DNA of 64,000 nt from contig JAPVTA010000102.1 of the NCBI GenBank assembly GCA_047519465.1, forward strand, positions 2,297 through 66,296, given 5' to 3'. The position numbers and the translations under genes were made by a program. Of this stretch, positions 39,493 through 49,261 are shown piece by piece; position 1 is the first letter of the stretch; each line of letters begins with the position of its first letter. Under the pieces are notes generated by a model, which saw only the letters and a program-made list of their open reading frames with translations, made no database searches and was not told the DNA's origin. The DNA is from Thermodesulfobacteriota bacterium. Lineage in GTDB: Bacteria; Desulfobacterota; BSN033; UBA1163.

Positions 39493-40755
39493 CTACTTTA
39501 TTAGCCAGGGCGGATTTGCAAACTTCCCTGTAGCGAACTTTTCAGGCCATAGAACCACCCATTTTTCACCCTCCTGCCATTGGGTCACCAGAAATGGCAC
39601 AAAGTCTGGTCCATTTTTCGTATCGTGAGTCTTCCTATCGAAAACATATCGACCCTGTGTACCAGGATAATTCGCTCCTTCGAGGGCCTTAATCAAAGCA
39701 GCAGATTCTAAGCTCTTCGCTCTCTGGGCTGCATCGGCAATGAGGTAGACGGCATCATAGGTGGAACTTGCATCTGAGTGCGGGAACTGATTATATGTCT
39801 TTAAGTATTTATCGAAGAAGGGGATTGACTTTGGAGTCTTCGCCGCTCTAATGCAAGCCCCTGCAAAAATGTTCACTTCCGAAAGGCATGCTCCCCCTGT
39901 CCTCTTCCAGTATTCGGCAATCATGCCCGGATTATTGAAGCCACCCATTCTGAAAGGAGCCTTCATTTCATACCATTGCTTGAAAAGTGTGATGGTATCG
40001 GAGAGGGCTACCAAATTTATGGAAAAATCTGCTCCACTGGAAGCGATTTTAGAGAAGATAGGGGCGAAGTCTAAGGTGTTCGTATCGAACTTCACAACCG
40101 TCGTTATGGTCCCCCCAAACTTTGGTATCTTTTCGCTTAGGTAATCTACTAACCCCCTATTCCATGCGGCGTCTTCAACAAGGAGGGCAAACTTTTTGAA
40201 TCCAACTTTTATAAAGTTGCCTATCTCTTCCTCGGTGATCGCCTTGGCGAGCGATTCGGCATTGAAGGTAACCCTAAATTCATATTTATATTTGTCGTAA
40301 TTCTTTTCCACCTTTTCGGCGATAAGTGGGGACGAAGCTCCTGTGACCAAGAAAATCGTATTGTATTGGCTTAGGTATTCCATCTGGGCCAATACCACTC
40401 CGCTTACTGTCCCTCCAGTCAAAAATTGAACCTTGTCCTTTTCGACCAGTCTCTTCAACGCTGTGATTCCTTTTTCAGGCAAGGTTTCGGTATCCGCATA
40501 AAATAATTTGATCTGTCTTCCAAGCACTCCCCCCTTCGCATTGATTTCATTAGCAGCCATCTCAGCTCCCTTAAGCACTGCTGGTCCGGCTTCCATTTTA
40601 TAGGCACCATTAACACCAATCCTCAACTCTTTGTCTTGCGCATGAATTTTAGACAGAATAGGATCAAAAACCACTCCAAAGCTAAAAAGGAAAACAATAA
40701 CCATTACGGAAGGCAAAAATCTCATCTTAGGATGTCGGAATGCTAAATTCTTCAT
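39493..40755 (-). CDS. ABC transporter periplasmic substrate-binding protein (LivK/Peripla_BP_6-like)
   Basis: Signal peptide followed by a type-I periplasmic binding fold; first gene of the liv-like operon. Confidence 0.75.
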   Translation of the reverse strand: MKNLAFRHPKMRFLPSVMVIVFLFSFGVVFDPILSKIHAQDKELRIGVNGAYKMEAGPAVLKGAEMAANEINAKGGVLGRQIKLFYADTETLPEKGITALKRLVEKDKVQFLTGGTVSGVVLAQMEYLSQYNTIFLVTGASSPLIAEKVEKNYDKYKYEFRVTFNAESLAKAITEEEIGNFIKVGFKKFALLVEDAAWNRGLVDYLSEKIPKFGGTITTVVKFDTNTLDFAPIFSKIASSGADFSINLVALSDTITLFKQWYEMKAPFRMGGFNNPGMIAEYWKRTGGACLSEVNIFAGACIRAAKTPKSIPFFDKYLKTYNQFPHSDASSTYDAVYLIADAAQRAKSLESAALIKALEGANYPGTQGRYVFDRKTHDTKNGPDFVPFLVTQWQEGEKWVVLWPEKFATGKFANPPWLIK

Positions 40756-40912
40756 GTTTCCTCTCCTTTCTTGCCACTCGGCAGTTCTGGTAATGAAATC
40801 TATGAGATCTATACCTGAGGGCGTGGGATTCTCGGTATATCGGCATGATCAGATTTCTCACGAAATCATGGCTGCGCTCCTTATGAATGTTGCCCCCAAG
40901 AAGGCAGCTAAC

Positions 40913-41437
40913 CTATTTTTTCTTCGTGCCAGCTATTGGCACTCTGTAATCTGGCTCCTGATCCACACACTTCTCTATCTTTCTGGAAATCGTAGCGAGA
41001 GTAAATAAGACCCCATTTGCCGCTTTGGGATTGATGTAGTGCTCCTGCCAATGCTTAGCGGTATCCCCAGAAGCATTCACCCGTATATTGTTCCAGGCCA
41101 CGCTCCCCCAGCTTGGTTCGATTCCAAGCTTGCGCATGGCATCCACAGTCTCGTCAGCAGTCCCTCCCGTTTCTAAAGTGACCATATAGAGACCCTCGCC
41201 CTGTTCTCTCACGAACTTTCCGATCAAAACCTTTCCTTCCGGATCATTCCAGGGGGCAAGAAATTCCATAGTACAATCGCCATCTCCAAGTTCGAATGCG
41301 CACCAGTGATATTTTTCGTCCTTCGCGATGCCGTAAGTAAAAGGCAATATGCCAAAAAGTTTCTTGTAGTTCTCAATAGCAGTATCCAAATCCTTTACCG
41401 CTACGGCAATCCGCTTTATCTGCTTGATCTTAATCAT
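40913..41437 (-). CDS. VOC (glyoxalase/bleomycin-resistance/dioxygenase) family protein
   Basis: Paired beta-alpha-beta-beta-beta modules; IKRIAVAVKDLD N-terminus typical of VOC or methylmalonyl-CoA-epimerase-like proteins. Confidence 0.6.
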   Translation of the reverse strand: MIKIKQIKRIAVAVKDLDTAIENYKKLFGILPFTYGIAKDEKYHWCAFELGDGDCTMEFLAPWNDPEGKVLIGKFVREQGEGLYMVTLETGGTADETVDAMRKLGIEPSWGSVAWNNIRVNASGDTAKHWQEHYINPKAANGVLFTLATISRKIEKCVDQEPDYRVPIAGTKKK

Positions 41438-41556
41438 ATTAACCTCCCGCGTTTTCTTTATTGGTAGAATAACTTTTTTTTCCTTCTATGCCTTCATTAA
41501 TGTCGTGCCTAAAAACTCACCCCCTTTCCCTTACCTTCCCTTCTTGAAGCGAATGT

Positions 41557-42195
41557 TTATACGTTGTCTCTCACCATAATTCCCTCCTGAACCATCTGAA
41601 GGATACCCTGTTTCATCTCCTCCAAACTCACTTTCCCTCGAAGAGTCCACCGCTTAAGAACCCAGCACTCGATCATCATCTTTATGATGTTAGCCAACAT
41701 GGTTGGATTACCCGGCCTAAACACTCCTAAGTCAATCCCCTCTTTGAGAACCTTTTGAAACCTCTCCATGTATGCTTCTTCGCTAATTAACATAGATTTA
41801 AGTGAGGGTTTGCTTAAAGAGTGGGATTCTTGATATATCGCCATAATGAGGTCTTGGTACTTGTCCCTGGTCTCCAACTCCTTCCCAATCATCTTTTTAA
41901 GCTTTTGAATTGGCCCTCCGCTTCCCACCGCCATTTCATTCATTTCATTAACAATTATTTGAGCAACCTTCTCATGAAAAAGATAGAGGATGTCTTCCTT
42001 TGTGCGGATATAATCATATAAGTTACCCAAACTTATACCTGTTTCTCTGCTGATGTCCCTCATCGTTGTCCGATGGTAGCCTTTCTTCTTGATGAGCTTT
42101 GAGGCAGCTTGAAAAATCTGCTCGTGACGCTCCTCAACAAGCTTGGAATTTTTAATCTTAGTTGAAATTTTTTTCTTGAAAGTTCTTTTTGGCAT
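41557..42195 (-). CDS. TetR-family transcriptional regulator
   Basis: HTH TTMRDISRETGISLGNLYDYI; start moved to internal ATG (MPKRTF...). Confidence 0.8.
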   Translation of the reverse strand: MPKRTFKKKISTKIKNSKLVEERHEQIFQAASKLIKKKGYHRTTMRDISRETGISLGNLYDYIRTKEDILYLFHEKVAQIIVNEMNEMAVGSGGPIQKLKKMIGKELETRDKYQDLIMAIYQESHSLSKPSLKSMLISEEAYMERFQKVLKEGIDLGVFRPGNPTMLANIIKMMIECWVLKRWTLRGKVSLEEMKQGILQMVQEGIMVRDNV

Positions 42196-42435
42196 GGGCT
42201 GCGTTGAAAAATGGGTTCGTGACGATCTAAGAATGAAAAAGAACGAACGTTCGTTCTTAACGCAACCTATCACACCCTATTCGTGCTTGTCAAGTTTTTT
42301 ATTGCCAACTCAAGAAGCTAAAATTTGGGGGCCGTTATTGCATTCCAAAAAGAACGTATTAGGAACAATCGTAAAAAGGAAGGGAGAAGCATCTCAAATG
42401 TTTTTTATCTCATGGAAAGGATCTTGGCTAAAATT

Positions 42436-42570
42436 AACTCAAGGTCGCCCGCACCATTGCCGACCTGGAAGGCCAAGAGAGGATTCAGCCCGCCCACCTC
42501 TCCGAAGCGATTCAGTATAGAAGCCTGGATCGAAACCTGATCTCCTGATAATAGAAGATTTGTCTGTGCA
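42436..42570 (+). repeat. Duplicate of the comM 3' terminus (about 115 bp of coding sequence plus about 20 bp downstream), copy 2
   Basis: ctcaaggtcgcccgcaccattgccgacctggaaggccaagagag...gatctcct is identical to 27068-27178 apart from 1 mismatch; similarity continues past the stop. Confidence 0.9.
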
Positions 42571-42850
42571 TGTGTGACTATTCCCCCTGGGGCGAGGAAT
42601 GGTTCCCAATATTCGGTTGCCAAAGAGCGAGGCATAGTTAGAAGACTTTTTCGTAAAAGGTTCGAATTTAGTGCTTGACAAATTCAAGAAGAGTGATACA
42701 GTTACAGTTATCATCCATTCCAGTCCACGTTTCTAATACTTATAAAGATTTCAAGGAAAAAACTCAAAGAGAAAGGAGGGAGAGGAATAGTTTTTCTTCG
42801 GAAGAATAGGGGGGGTATGCAACCTTAACTCTCAGAAAGGAGGAAGAAGA

Positions 42851-44038
42851 ATGAGCGCCAAGGAAATCAGTCGAAGGAAATTTATGAAAGATGTGGCTAA
42901 ATATTGTGGTGCCGGTGTCGCTGCAGTGGGATTGATCGGAGACGCCAGGCGACTCCTTGCGGTCGATGACCTGGACGTCCCGGCCCAGGAAGGCGTCTGG
43001 AGGATGCGGGATACCCAACTCAAACAATACGGCGAGTTCATTCAAAATGCACCCCTTCCCAAAGACTATTTTGAAAAAAAGCCAGAAACTTTAGTGGACG
43101 GAGGAAAGCCAGTCGACTGGTCACATCTTCATCCCAACTGGTACGCTGAAGGGAATAAATCCCCGGTCGGGCTCATCATGGCAACCCCATTGGATAAGGA
43201 CTTAAAGGGAGACATCAAGAAGGTCATGAAGCTTGTCGGAGGCTTTGGCAAAGCCCTTAAGAAAACGGATAAGATCCTCATCAAGCCCAACATGAACACC
43301 GCAGATCCCTGGCCGGGGGGAGGCACTGACCCGGATTTTTTGGAAGCTTTAATCCTCGTTCTTAAAGATGAGGGGTATCAGAACGTTACTGTAGCCGATA
43401 CGTGCGGGCCCTGGGGGCCCACAGAGCGCGTAATCAAGAAGGTAGGTTACAATTCTGTATGTAGCCGCACCAACACCCCTCTTAAGGACTGGGATAAAGG
43501 AAAATGGATGAATATCCGAAATGCCAAAGCCGAATTCCTGGGAAAGATGGGCGGCGGCGACGGCACTGTGGCCTATCCAGAAGACCTGAGAAATTATGAC
43601 AAAATCATCTACACGCCTGTCATGAAGACTCATTTTCTCGGAGGAATCACACAGAGTTTGAAGCTTTCCGTTGGGATTTTGCATCGGGCTGATCGTGGGG
43701 CCTTTCTCCATGGATTCAACCACATCTTCGTTGCTGAACAGGCGGCAGAGATCAACCTGCCCTTCCGGCCAGATCTCATTATCATGGATGGCAGAAGGTC
43801 CCTCGTCAGTGGCGGGCCTTCCCATGGCGAAGAGGTAAAGCCTGGAGTGATCCTTGCCGGTGGGGACCAGGTAGCCAACGATGTCATGGGTATTAAGATC
43901 TTGCAGGAATGGTACCCGAACATGGCCGCGAACAAGATAGGCATGTATGCGTGGTATCAAAAGCAGATCCTGCAGGCCGTAAAGCTCGGCATAGGATATG
44001 CTAAGAAAGATGACGACATCAAGCTTGTCTTAGGTTAA
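42851..44038 (+). CDS. Tat-signal DUF362-domain protein
   Basis: Twin-arginine motif SRRKFMKDVAKYCGAGVAAV; DUF362-like core (KILIKPNMN...); strong RBS aaaggagg. Confidence 0.6.
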   Translation: MSAKEISRRKFMKDVAKYCGAGVAAVGLIGDARRLLAVDDLDVPAQEGVWRMRDTQLKQYGEFIQNAPLPKDYFEKKPETLVDGGKPVDWSHLHPNWYAEGNKSPVGLIMATPLDKDLKGDIKKVMKLVGGFGKALKKTDKILIKPNMNTADPWPGGGTDPDFLEALILVLKDEGYQNVTVADTCGPWGPTERVIKKVGYNSVCSRTNTPLKDWDKGKWMNIRNAKAEFLGKMGGGDGTVAYPEDLRNYDKIIYTPVMKTHFLGGITQSLKLSVGILHRADRGAFLHGFNHIFVAEQAAEINLPFRPDLIIMDGRRSLVSGGPSHGEEVKPGVILAGGDQVANDVMGIKILQEWYPNMAANKIGMYAWYQKQILQAVKLGIGYAKKDDDIKLVLG

Positions 44039-44053
44039 GGTCCCATTTTGAAT

Positions 44054-44090
44054 CCCCCCCTTCCTCGCAAGGAAGGGGGGGATTATTTTC
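44054..44090 (+). terminator. Rho-independent terminator
   Basis: cccccccttcc-tcgc-aaggaaggggggg followed by attatttt. Confidence 0.75.
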
Positions 44091-44103
44091 TAAAACAATT
44101 GCG

Positions 44104-44571
44104 ATGATAAGAGCTATCATCATTTTTTCCTCCTCCTTCCTCATTTTCATCATGAATGTTCCTAATGAATCCTGGTCTCAAAAGGCGGATCCGACGATTC
44201 TTGACTTTAGAGTTCAGGCACTTTATCGGGCCGCTAAGCTTACCTGGAAGATTAAGGAAGGGGTTAAGAGCGGATTGTCTGTTCAGATCTTACGGGCTGA
44301 CACGTTTGAGGAAGGCCCGTATAAGGAAGTGGATACAATGAATCTTACCCCTGGTAAAAACACCTATGAGTACGTGGATAAAACCATGGGTGCAGAAGCA
44401 AAATACTATTACAAACTCATCATAAAAGAGATCGATGAATCTTTCGGCCCACTCCCCACGAGACCTTATTTCTCTCCCCCTGCAACTTACTTAAAGCCGT
44501 CGGTCCCGAGCCTGGAAAGTGATTACATCTTGAGTTACCATTTCCCAGCACCTGAAAGGCAAGAAACATAA
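44104..44571 (+). CDS. Small secreted or membrane-anchored hypothetical protein
   Basis: Hydrophobic N-terminus; immediately precedes and abuts the Tat FeS gene. Confidence 0.4.
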   Translation: MIRAIIIFSSSFLIFIMNVPNESWSQKADPTILDFRVQALYRAAKLTWKIKEGVKSGLSVQILRADTFEEGPYKEVDTMNLTPGKNTYEYVDKTMGAEAKYYYKLIIKEIDESFGPLPTRPYFSPPATYLKPSVPSLESDYILSYHFPAPERQET

Positions 44572-45177
44572 ATGGCCAAGGACGTTGACCGGCGAACTGC
44601 CCTTAAAGGCCTAACCCTCAGCGCTTTCGCTCTTGGAAGTGTCGTTAGTCTCGGAAGACTTTTCGAAGTCCTTACCTTTCCAAACGGACAAAAAATCGCA
44701 TTGGCCAAAGGAGTGATTTTGGTCGACAAATCCCTCTGCTCAGGATGCCGGATCTGTGAGATGGTCTGCACCAATTTCAATAGTGAAGGCCGAAACTCTA
44801 CTTCCTTAGCAAGAATCTCCCTCGAGAAAGAATATCTAGGAGGAGATTACCAGCCAAAGGTTTGCCATCAGTGCGCTGATCCTCCCTGCCTTAAGGCTTG
44901 CCCGGTGACTGCCCTTCAAGTGGATAGACAGAGGGGAACCTTTGCCAGGGTGATTGATGAAAGAGTCTGTATCGGCTGCCAGAAATGTGTTGAGGCCTGC
45001 CGGAAAGTCTTTCGGCCTTCCCGGCCCATTTTCGACGCCCAAAGGCACAGGGCGGTTAAATGCCACCTCTGTTTCGGAGAACCTCAATGTGTGAAGTTTT
45101 GCCCTCTCGGTGTGTTGCGGATGGAACGGTCAGAAAAGGGACTGCTCGTCGGTTATCCCGTAATCAAAGAGGATTGA
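44572..45177 (+). CDS. Tat-exported tetra-cluster 4Fe-4S ferredoxin-like electron-transfer subunit (YdhX/HybA/DmsB-like)
   Basis: Tat-like RRTALKGLTLSAFALG signal; four Cys clusters (CSGCRICEMVC, CHQCADPPCLKACP, CIGCQKCVEAC, CHLCFGEPQCVKFCP). Confidence 0.75.
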   Translation: MAKDVDRRTALKGLTLSAFALGSVVSLGRLFEVLTFPNGQKIALAKGVILVDKSLCSGCRICEMVCTNFNSEGRNSTSLARISLEKEYLGGDYQPKVCHQCADPPCLKACPVTALQVDRQRGTFARVIDERVCIGCQKCVEACRKVFRPSRPIFDAQRHRAVKCHLCFGEPQCVKFCPLGVLRMERSEKGLLVGYPVIKED

Positions 45178-45178
45178 G

Positions 45179-47206
45179 ATGAATCCAAAAGGCGGATGGG
45201 TTGGAAAAATTCTTCGAGTAGATCTGAGCTCTCGAAAAATCTCTGAAATTTCCACCTTTGATTACGTGCCAAAATTCCTTGGAGGTCGAGGGCTTGGAGC
45301 AAAAATTTGCTGGGACGAAGTGCCGCCAGAGGTCGGAGCCTTCGATGCGGAGAATCGGCTCATCTTCGCCACTGGACCGCTTCAGGGAACTTTGGCTCCC
45401 ACCTCTGGGAGGTTCATGGTTCTTGGAAAATCTCCCCAGACCGCTCCGAACGAATCCTTTTGCCGGTCGGGTGTGGGGGGGCATTTCGCACCCGAGTTAA
45501 AGTGGGCAGGATATGATGCCCTCATCATCCAGGGAAAAGCCTCAAAACCAGTCTATCTTTGGATCACGGAAGGAAAAGCCGAGATCCTCGATGCTACTCG
45601 CTTGTGGGGTCTTGATACCTACCAGACCCAACAGATGATCTGGAAGCTCCACGGAAGAAAGACTCGAGTGATGGTCATTGGAAGAGCTGGAGAAAATCGA
45701 AGTCGAATCGCCTGTATTTTGACAGATTCAGGGGATGCTTCAGGCCAGGGAGGGTTTGGCGGCCTGATGGGGTCAAAGAACCTGAAAGCCATCGCAGTTC
45801 GAGGCACTGGGACTGTAACCGTGGCCAAGCCGAAAGAACTGATGGAGACTTCCTACCATATCCAAAAGCTCTTCTCCCGCAAACCTTTAAATAGCAACCC
45901 CTATCAGCCGGAGGAGAAGGGGTTTAAATACAATATCTGGGGAGGAGGTTATGGCAGGGGAAGCCTCTCCCTTCTCGCCGGTGAGCTTCTCGACCTTTGT
46001 AATGATCCTTCCTCAGGCTATTCTCAGACGCCGGATGGCTGTTTCGCCTGCCCCGTATCCTGCCGCTCACGAGTGAAAGGCCCGGATATTACCGCTGGCG
46101 TAGCCTTTTGCGCCCAATCCTACATGTATTTGGAATCCATGGTCGATAAGCCCGAAAAGGGCTATAGCAAAATCACTTGGCAGGCTGCCAAACTTGCTGA
46201 CCTCTATGGGATCAACGCCTACGAACTGATGGCCATCATCCCTTGGCTTTCCGATTGTTACCGCGAGAAGCTTATCACCGAAGAAGGTACGGGTCTTCCT
46301 CTCAAGGAGATCGGTTCCTGGAACTTCATTTCCAAGCTCCTCTCTATGATGGCCGAACGGCAGGGGTTTGGCGATCTTCTCGCAGAAGGCGGCCAGCGAG
46401 CAGCGGCGAAACTCGGCGAGAAGGCGGAAAGGCTTTCGTGGATGTATTACCCTCGAGGCGGAAAATTCGGAGGCTACCGCGAACACTGGGTCTATTTGGG
46501 AGGTTTCCCAACGGGATACGCAGTTCCTGCGCTTGCCTTGATGTGGGTTTTGGATAATCGAGATGCTATGGTCTCCCACAGCTACATCTCCATGCTCTGG
46601 GGTGCGGCTTTCACCATTGGACAGAATGCCCTAACTGCAGTGCCGGAAAAAATCTTCCCTATTCTCAAACCGGTGATAAAGGCTACCTATGGTTCAGAAG
46701 AAGCCGCAGAATTTTTCCGGTCTGACGGAAAAAGCCTGAATTGGAAATGGACCGCACCGACCGTGAAACGATATCATGAGTATTCTCTTTTGAAAGATAG
46801 CTACATCGTCTGTGACATTCTCTTCCCTTACCTTTTCAATGCGAATTCCTCTGATCATGTGGGAGACGTGACTTTGGAATCGCGCCTTTATTCCGCTGTC
46901 ACCGGAATGGAGATGAGCTTAGAGGAGTCCTATCAAAAAGGAGAGATGCTCTCCACTCTTGAGAGAGCTTTAGCCGTTAGAGACGGTCGGACCCGCAAGG
47001 ACGACACCCTCCATGAACTCTATTTCGAAAAAGAGGACGCCGGAGGCAGGAAATATCTCCGGGAAGACCTGGAGCGTTCGAAAAGTGACTATTATAAACT
47101 GATGGGATGGGATGTTAGATCCGGCATCCCGACCGAGTCTACTCTAAAACGGGTAGGCCTTCAAGACGTGGCCGAAGACTTACAAAAAAGAAGAATCCAG
47201 GGATAA
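45179..47206 (+). CDS. AOR-family oxidoreductase, long form (E. coli YdhV-like)
   Basis: AOR_N (WVGKILRVDLS...DEVPPEVGAFDAENRLIFATGPLQGTLAPTSGR) closely resembles YdhV; 675 aa versus about 600 for classical W-AORs; sits between the Tat-FeS and cytochrome b genes. Confidence 0.75.
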   Translation: MNPKGGWVGKILRVDLSSRKISEISTFDYVPKFLGGRGLGAKICWDEVPPEVGAFDAENRLIFATGPLQGTLAPTSGRFMVLGKSPQTAPNESFCRSGVGGHFAPELKWAGYDALIIQGKASKPVYLWITEGKAEILDATRLWGLDTYQTQQMIWKLHGRKTRVMVIGRAGENRSRIACILTDSGDASGQGGFGGLMGSKNLKAIAVRGTGTVTVAKPKELMETSYHIQKLFSRKPLNSNPYQPEEKGFKYNIWGGGYGRGSLSLLAGELLDLCNDPSSGYSQTPDGCFACPVSCRSRVKGPDITAGVAFCAQSYMYLESMVDKPEKGYSKITWQAAKLADLYGINAYELMAIIPWLSDCYREKLITEEGTGLPLKEIGSWNFISKLLSMMAERQGFGDLLAEGGQRAAAKLGEKAERLSWMYYPRGGKFGGYREHWVYLGGFPTGYAVPALALMWVLDNRDAMVSHSYISMLWGAAFTIGQNALTAVPEKIFPILKPVIKATYGSEEAAEFFRSDGKSLNWKWTAPTVKRYHEYSLLKDSYIVCDILFPYLFNANSSDHVGDVTLESRLYSAVTGMEMSLEESYQKGEMLSTLERALAVRDGRTRKDDTLHELYFEKEDAGGRKYLREDLERSKSDYYKLMGWDVRSGIPTESTLKRVGLQDVAEDLQKRRIQG

Positions 47207-47211
47207 AGATT

Positions 47212-48003
47212 ATGACCGTTGAACCCTTTTCTTTACCCGCCTTTACAATGGCTGAATACAATCTCTATCGCCTCGACGATCGGGTCTTCTGGACTTTCGT
47301 CCTGACCGGTTTGATCTTTTGCATGATTCACGCCGCACGAAGAGCTTTTCGTCAGCCTCGCGCCATCGCCCTTCCCGAGAAAGAAGGGAGTATTCCGATC
47401 TCAAACGGAGAGGAAATCGAACGGCATACTCTTTTCCAGAGAGTTTTCCATTGGTCTAATGCAGTGGCCGTCATCCTCTTAACCATCTCTGGATGGATGA
47501 TCTATCAACCTCGTAAAATTCTTTCCTTCACTGAAACAACTTCCACAGGATTTACCTGGCACCGCTGGGGAGTAGCACTCCTTCTGGTCGGTCTAGTCGC
47601 CCATTTCATATATGAAAGTTTTATCGCTCACGGTTCAAATCCGGTAGCTGTCAATCGGGCAGAGGGAAAAAAATTGTTGGCGATGCTCAGGAATTTCTTT
47701 GGCCTTTCCAAATCCTATCCCCTGATAAACAAATACCACCCGGGCCAGATCTTCTTTCACTGGATAGTAGCAGGAAATCTCTTCCTATTGACCCTGACCG
47801 GCTTTGTCATATGGAAACCTTTTCGAGACCTTCTGCCTCTTTCTCTCTTCGGCCTGAGTTGGGACTTCGTTTTTTACTGCCGTCTTCTCCACGGTTTTTT
47901 TTCAGCCACCTTGATCCCGAGCCTGATGGGCCATATCTATTTCGCGCTTCTCATCAAAAAGAACTGGAAGGAAACCCGATCTATTTTCACCGGTCGTGTT
48001 TGA
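47212..48003 (+). CDS. Membrane b-type cytochrome (YdhU/PhsC/FdnI-like anchor)
   Basis: Four TM helices with conserved His (FQRVFHWSNA, HGSN, HG); PF01292-like. Confidence 0.65.
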   Translation: MTVEPFSLPAFTMAEYNLYRLDDRVFWTFVLTGLIFCMIHAARRAFRQPRAIALPEKEGSIPISNGEEIERHTLFQRVFHWSNAVAVILLTISGWMIYQPRKILSFTETTSTGFTWHRWGVALLLVGLVAHFIYESFIAHGSNPVAVNRAEGKKLLAMLRNFFGLSKSYPLINKYHPGQIFFHWIVAGNLFLLTLTGFVIWKPFRDLLPLSLFGLSWDFVFYCRLLHGFFSATLIPSLMGHIYFALLIKKNWKETRSIFTGRV

Positions 48004-48075
48004 CTTCAGGACTATCTAAACTCCCACTCCGTATCAGATTAGGAAAGGTTTGTTGTTGAAGGGTATATTTTACTG

Positions 48076-48513
48076 CTATTTGACTACAATTCTTCCACTA
48101 AGCTTTCCCCCTTCTTTGAATCGTACCTCGTAATCATAAGTCCCTGGTTCTGGGAACATTAAACTGGCGGTTTCTCCGTAAGTAAACGAGCCAGCAACAT
48201 AGCAACCACTCGGATAATCCATTTTAAACCGAACCGGAGCTTTAGTCGACCGGACACATCTCTCGCCTTCCTTAAATGATAATACTATCTCCTGACTTGG
48301 ATAGGCTGAAGTGCTCTTAATAAAATTAATCCATACCACACAATCACCCTTTTCGACGGTCAACGTGTTAGGTTCAAGCTTGTCTCGACCACGAATAGAA
48401 ACGACCTCACATTTTTCTGCCGCTCCAATGGTTGTTGGCCCACTGAGAAAAATAACCGTAGTTAAAATAAAAACAGCCCCAGTTGCCATGAGTAAAAGTT
48501 TAGTTTTGTTCAT
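48076..48513 (-). CDS. Secreted hypothetical beta-rich protein
   Basis: Signal peptide (MNKTKLLLMATGAVFILT); no metal-ligand pattern for a cupredoxin. Confidence 0.4.
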   Translation of the reverse strand: MNKTKLLLMATGAVFILTTVIFLSGPTTIGAAEKCEVVSIRGRDKLEPNTLTVEKGDCVVWINFIKSTSAYPSQEIVLSFKEGERCVRSTKAPVRFKMDYPSGCYVAGSFTYGETASLMFPEPGTYDYEVRFKEGGKLSGRIVVK

Positions 48514-48892
48514 GGAATACCCTCCTTTCGTAATTTTGCAATTCATGTTATCAAGAATGATCCCTGGATTAAATGGGTTGAATGCTGTATTCTATGGAGA
48601 AAAGGGCTGTATTTTGGAGCGACGTCCTATTTTAGGTTAGTTTTTTCACACAAGAAACCTTGGAGAAGCAAGAGGGTGAGATTGCGGCGAATAGTTTCCG
48701 AGGACTACTTCCTCTAATCGTGATTCTTCAATCTCTGTGCGCTATAGACTCGGTCATAGGCGTTGGCGCTGAAGTTGGATTCCTCCATTCGGGCGTTTTT
48801 GCTGCGCAAGTATGAGACGAAGCCAGGCAAGAAGCAAGATAACCAAACGATGAAGAGTCTGTCAAGGCAAAGAAAGATGGCACTTATGAAAG

Positions 48893-48925
48893 GTTTTGAC
48901 AAGCTCTTTTTTTTGTAGTATTTTA
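48893..48925 (+). promoter_or_regulatory. Sigma70-like promoter (TTGACA-17-TATTTT) upstream of the moaD-like gene
   Basis: ttgacaagctcttttttttgtagtatttta. Confidence 0.45.
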
Positions 48926-48946
48926 GCAATTGTTGAGGAGAGAGGT

Positions 48947-49207
48947 ATGAAGATTAAGCTCAAATTTTTCGGTTTTCCCGAAGTCGAAAAGAAGGTAGGG
49001 GGTAAGGAGATTGACCTCGACCTGGACGGTAGCACTTACGGTGACCTCCTCAACTATCTGCACAAAACTTATGGTGAGTCAGTCAAGAAGACTTTACGGC
49101 AGCAGATCCTCAGAAACGGGAAGGAATGGATCCGCAGGGATGATCTGGCATACTCCTTGCGAGATGGCGATCAGCTTAGCTTTCTACGGATGGTGTCCGG
49201 CGGATAA
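48947..49207 (+). CDS. MoaD/ThiS-family ubiquitin-like sulfur-carrier protein
   Basis: 86 aa ending in Gly-Gly (LSFLRMVSGG), beta-grasp pattern; start set at the internal ATG (MKIKLKFFG). Confidence 0.7.
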   Translation: MKIKLKFFGFPEVEKKVGGKEIDLDLDGSTYGDLLNYLHKTYGESVKKTLRQQILRNGKEWIRRDDLAYSLRDGDQLSFLRMVSGG

Positions 49208-49261
49208 TTAGGGAATGCCCCACTCCATTCCCTGTTCCTTCGAGGTCTTCGCCTGTGTTCG

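Noticed and set aside
42560-42850. Possible Moco/Wco riboswitch upstream of the YdhV-like operon
   Set aside because: The region has a plausible sigma70 promoter (TTGACA..TACAGT) and RBS, but I cannot recognise the conserved Moco RNA motif by eye. It needs a covariance-model scan (Rfam Moco_RNA_motif) before any claim.
43349-43960. 203-aa minus-strand ORF
   Set aside because: Antisense to the DUF362 gene, which has a Tat signal, RBS and terminator.
46067-46579. 170-aa minus-strand ORF
   Set aside because: Antisense to the YdhV-like AOR gene.
48076-48513. Possible cupredoxin (blue copper) protein
   Set aside because: A beta-rich secreted protein of the right size, but it lacks the His-Cys-His-Met ligand set (no His at all), so the cupredoxin call was dropped.
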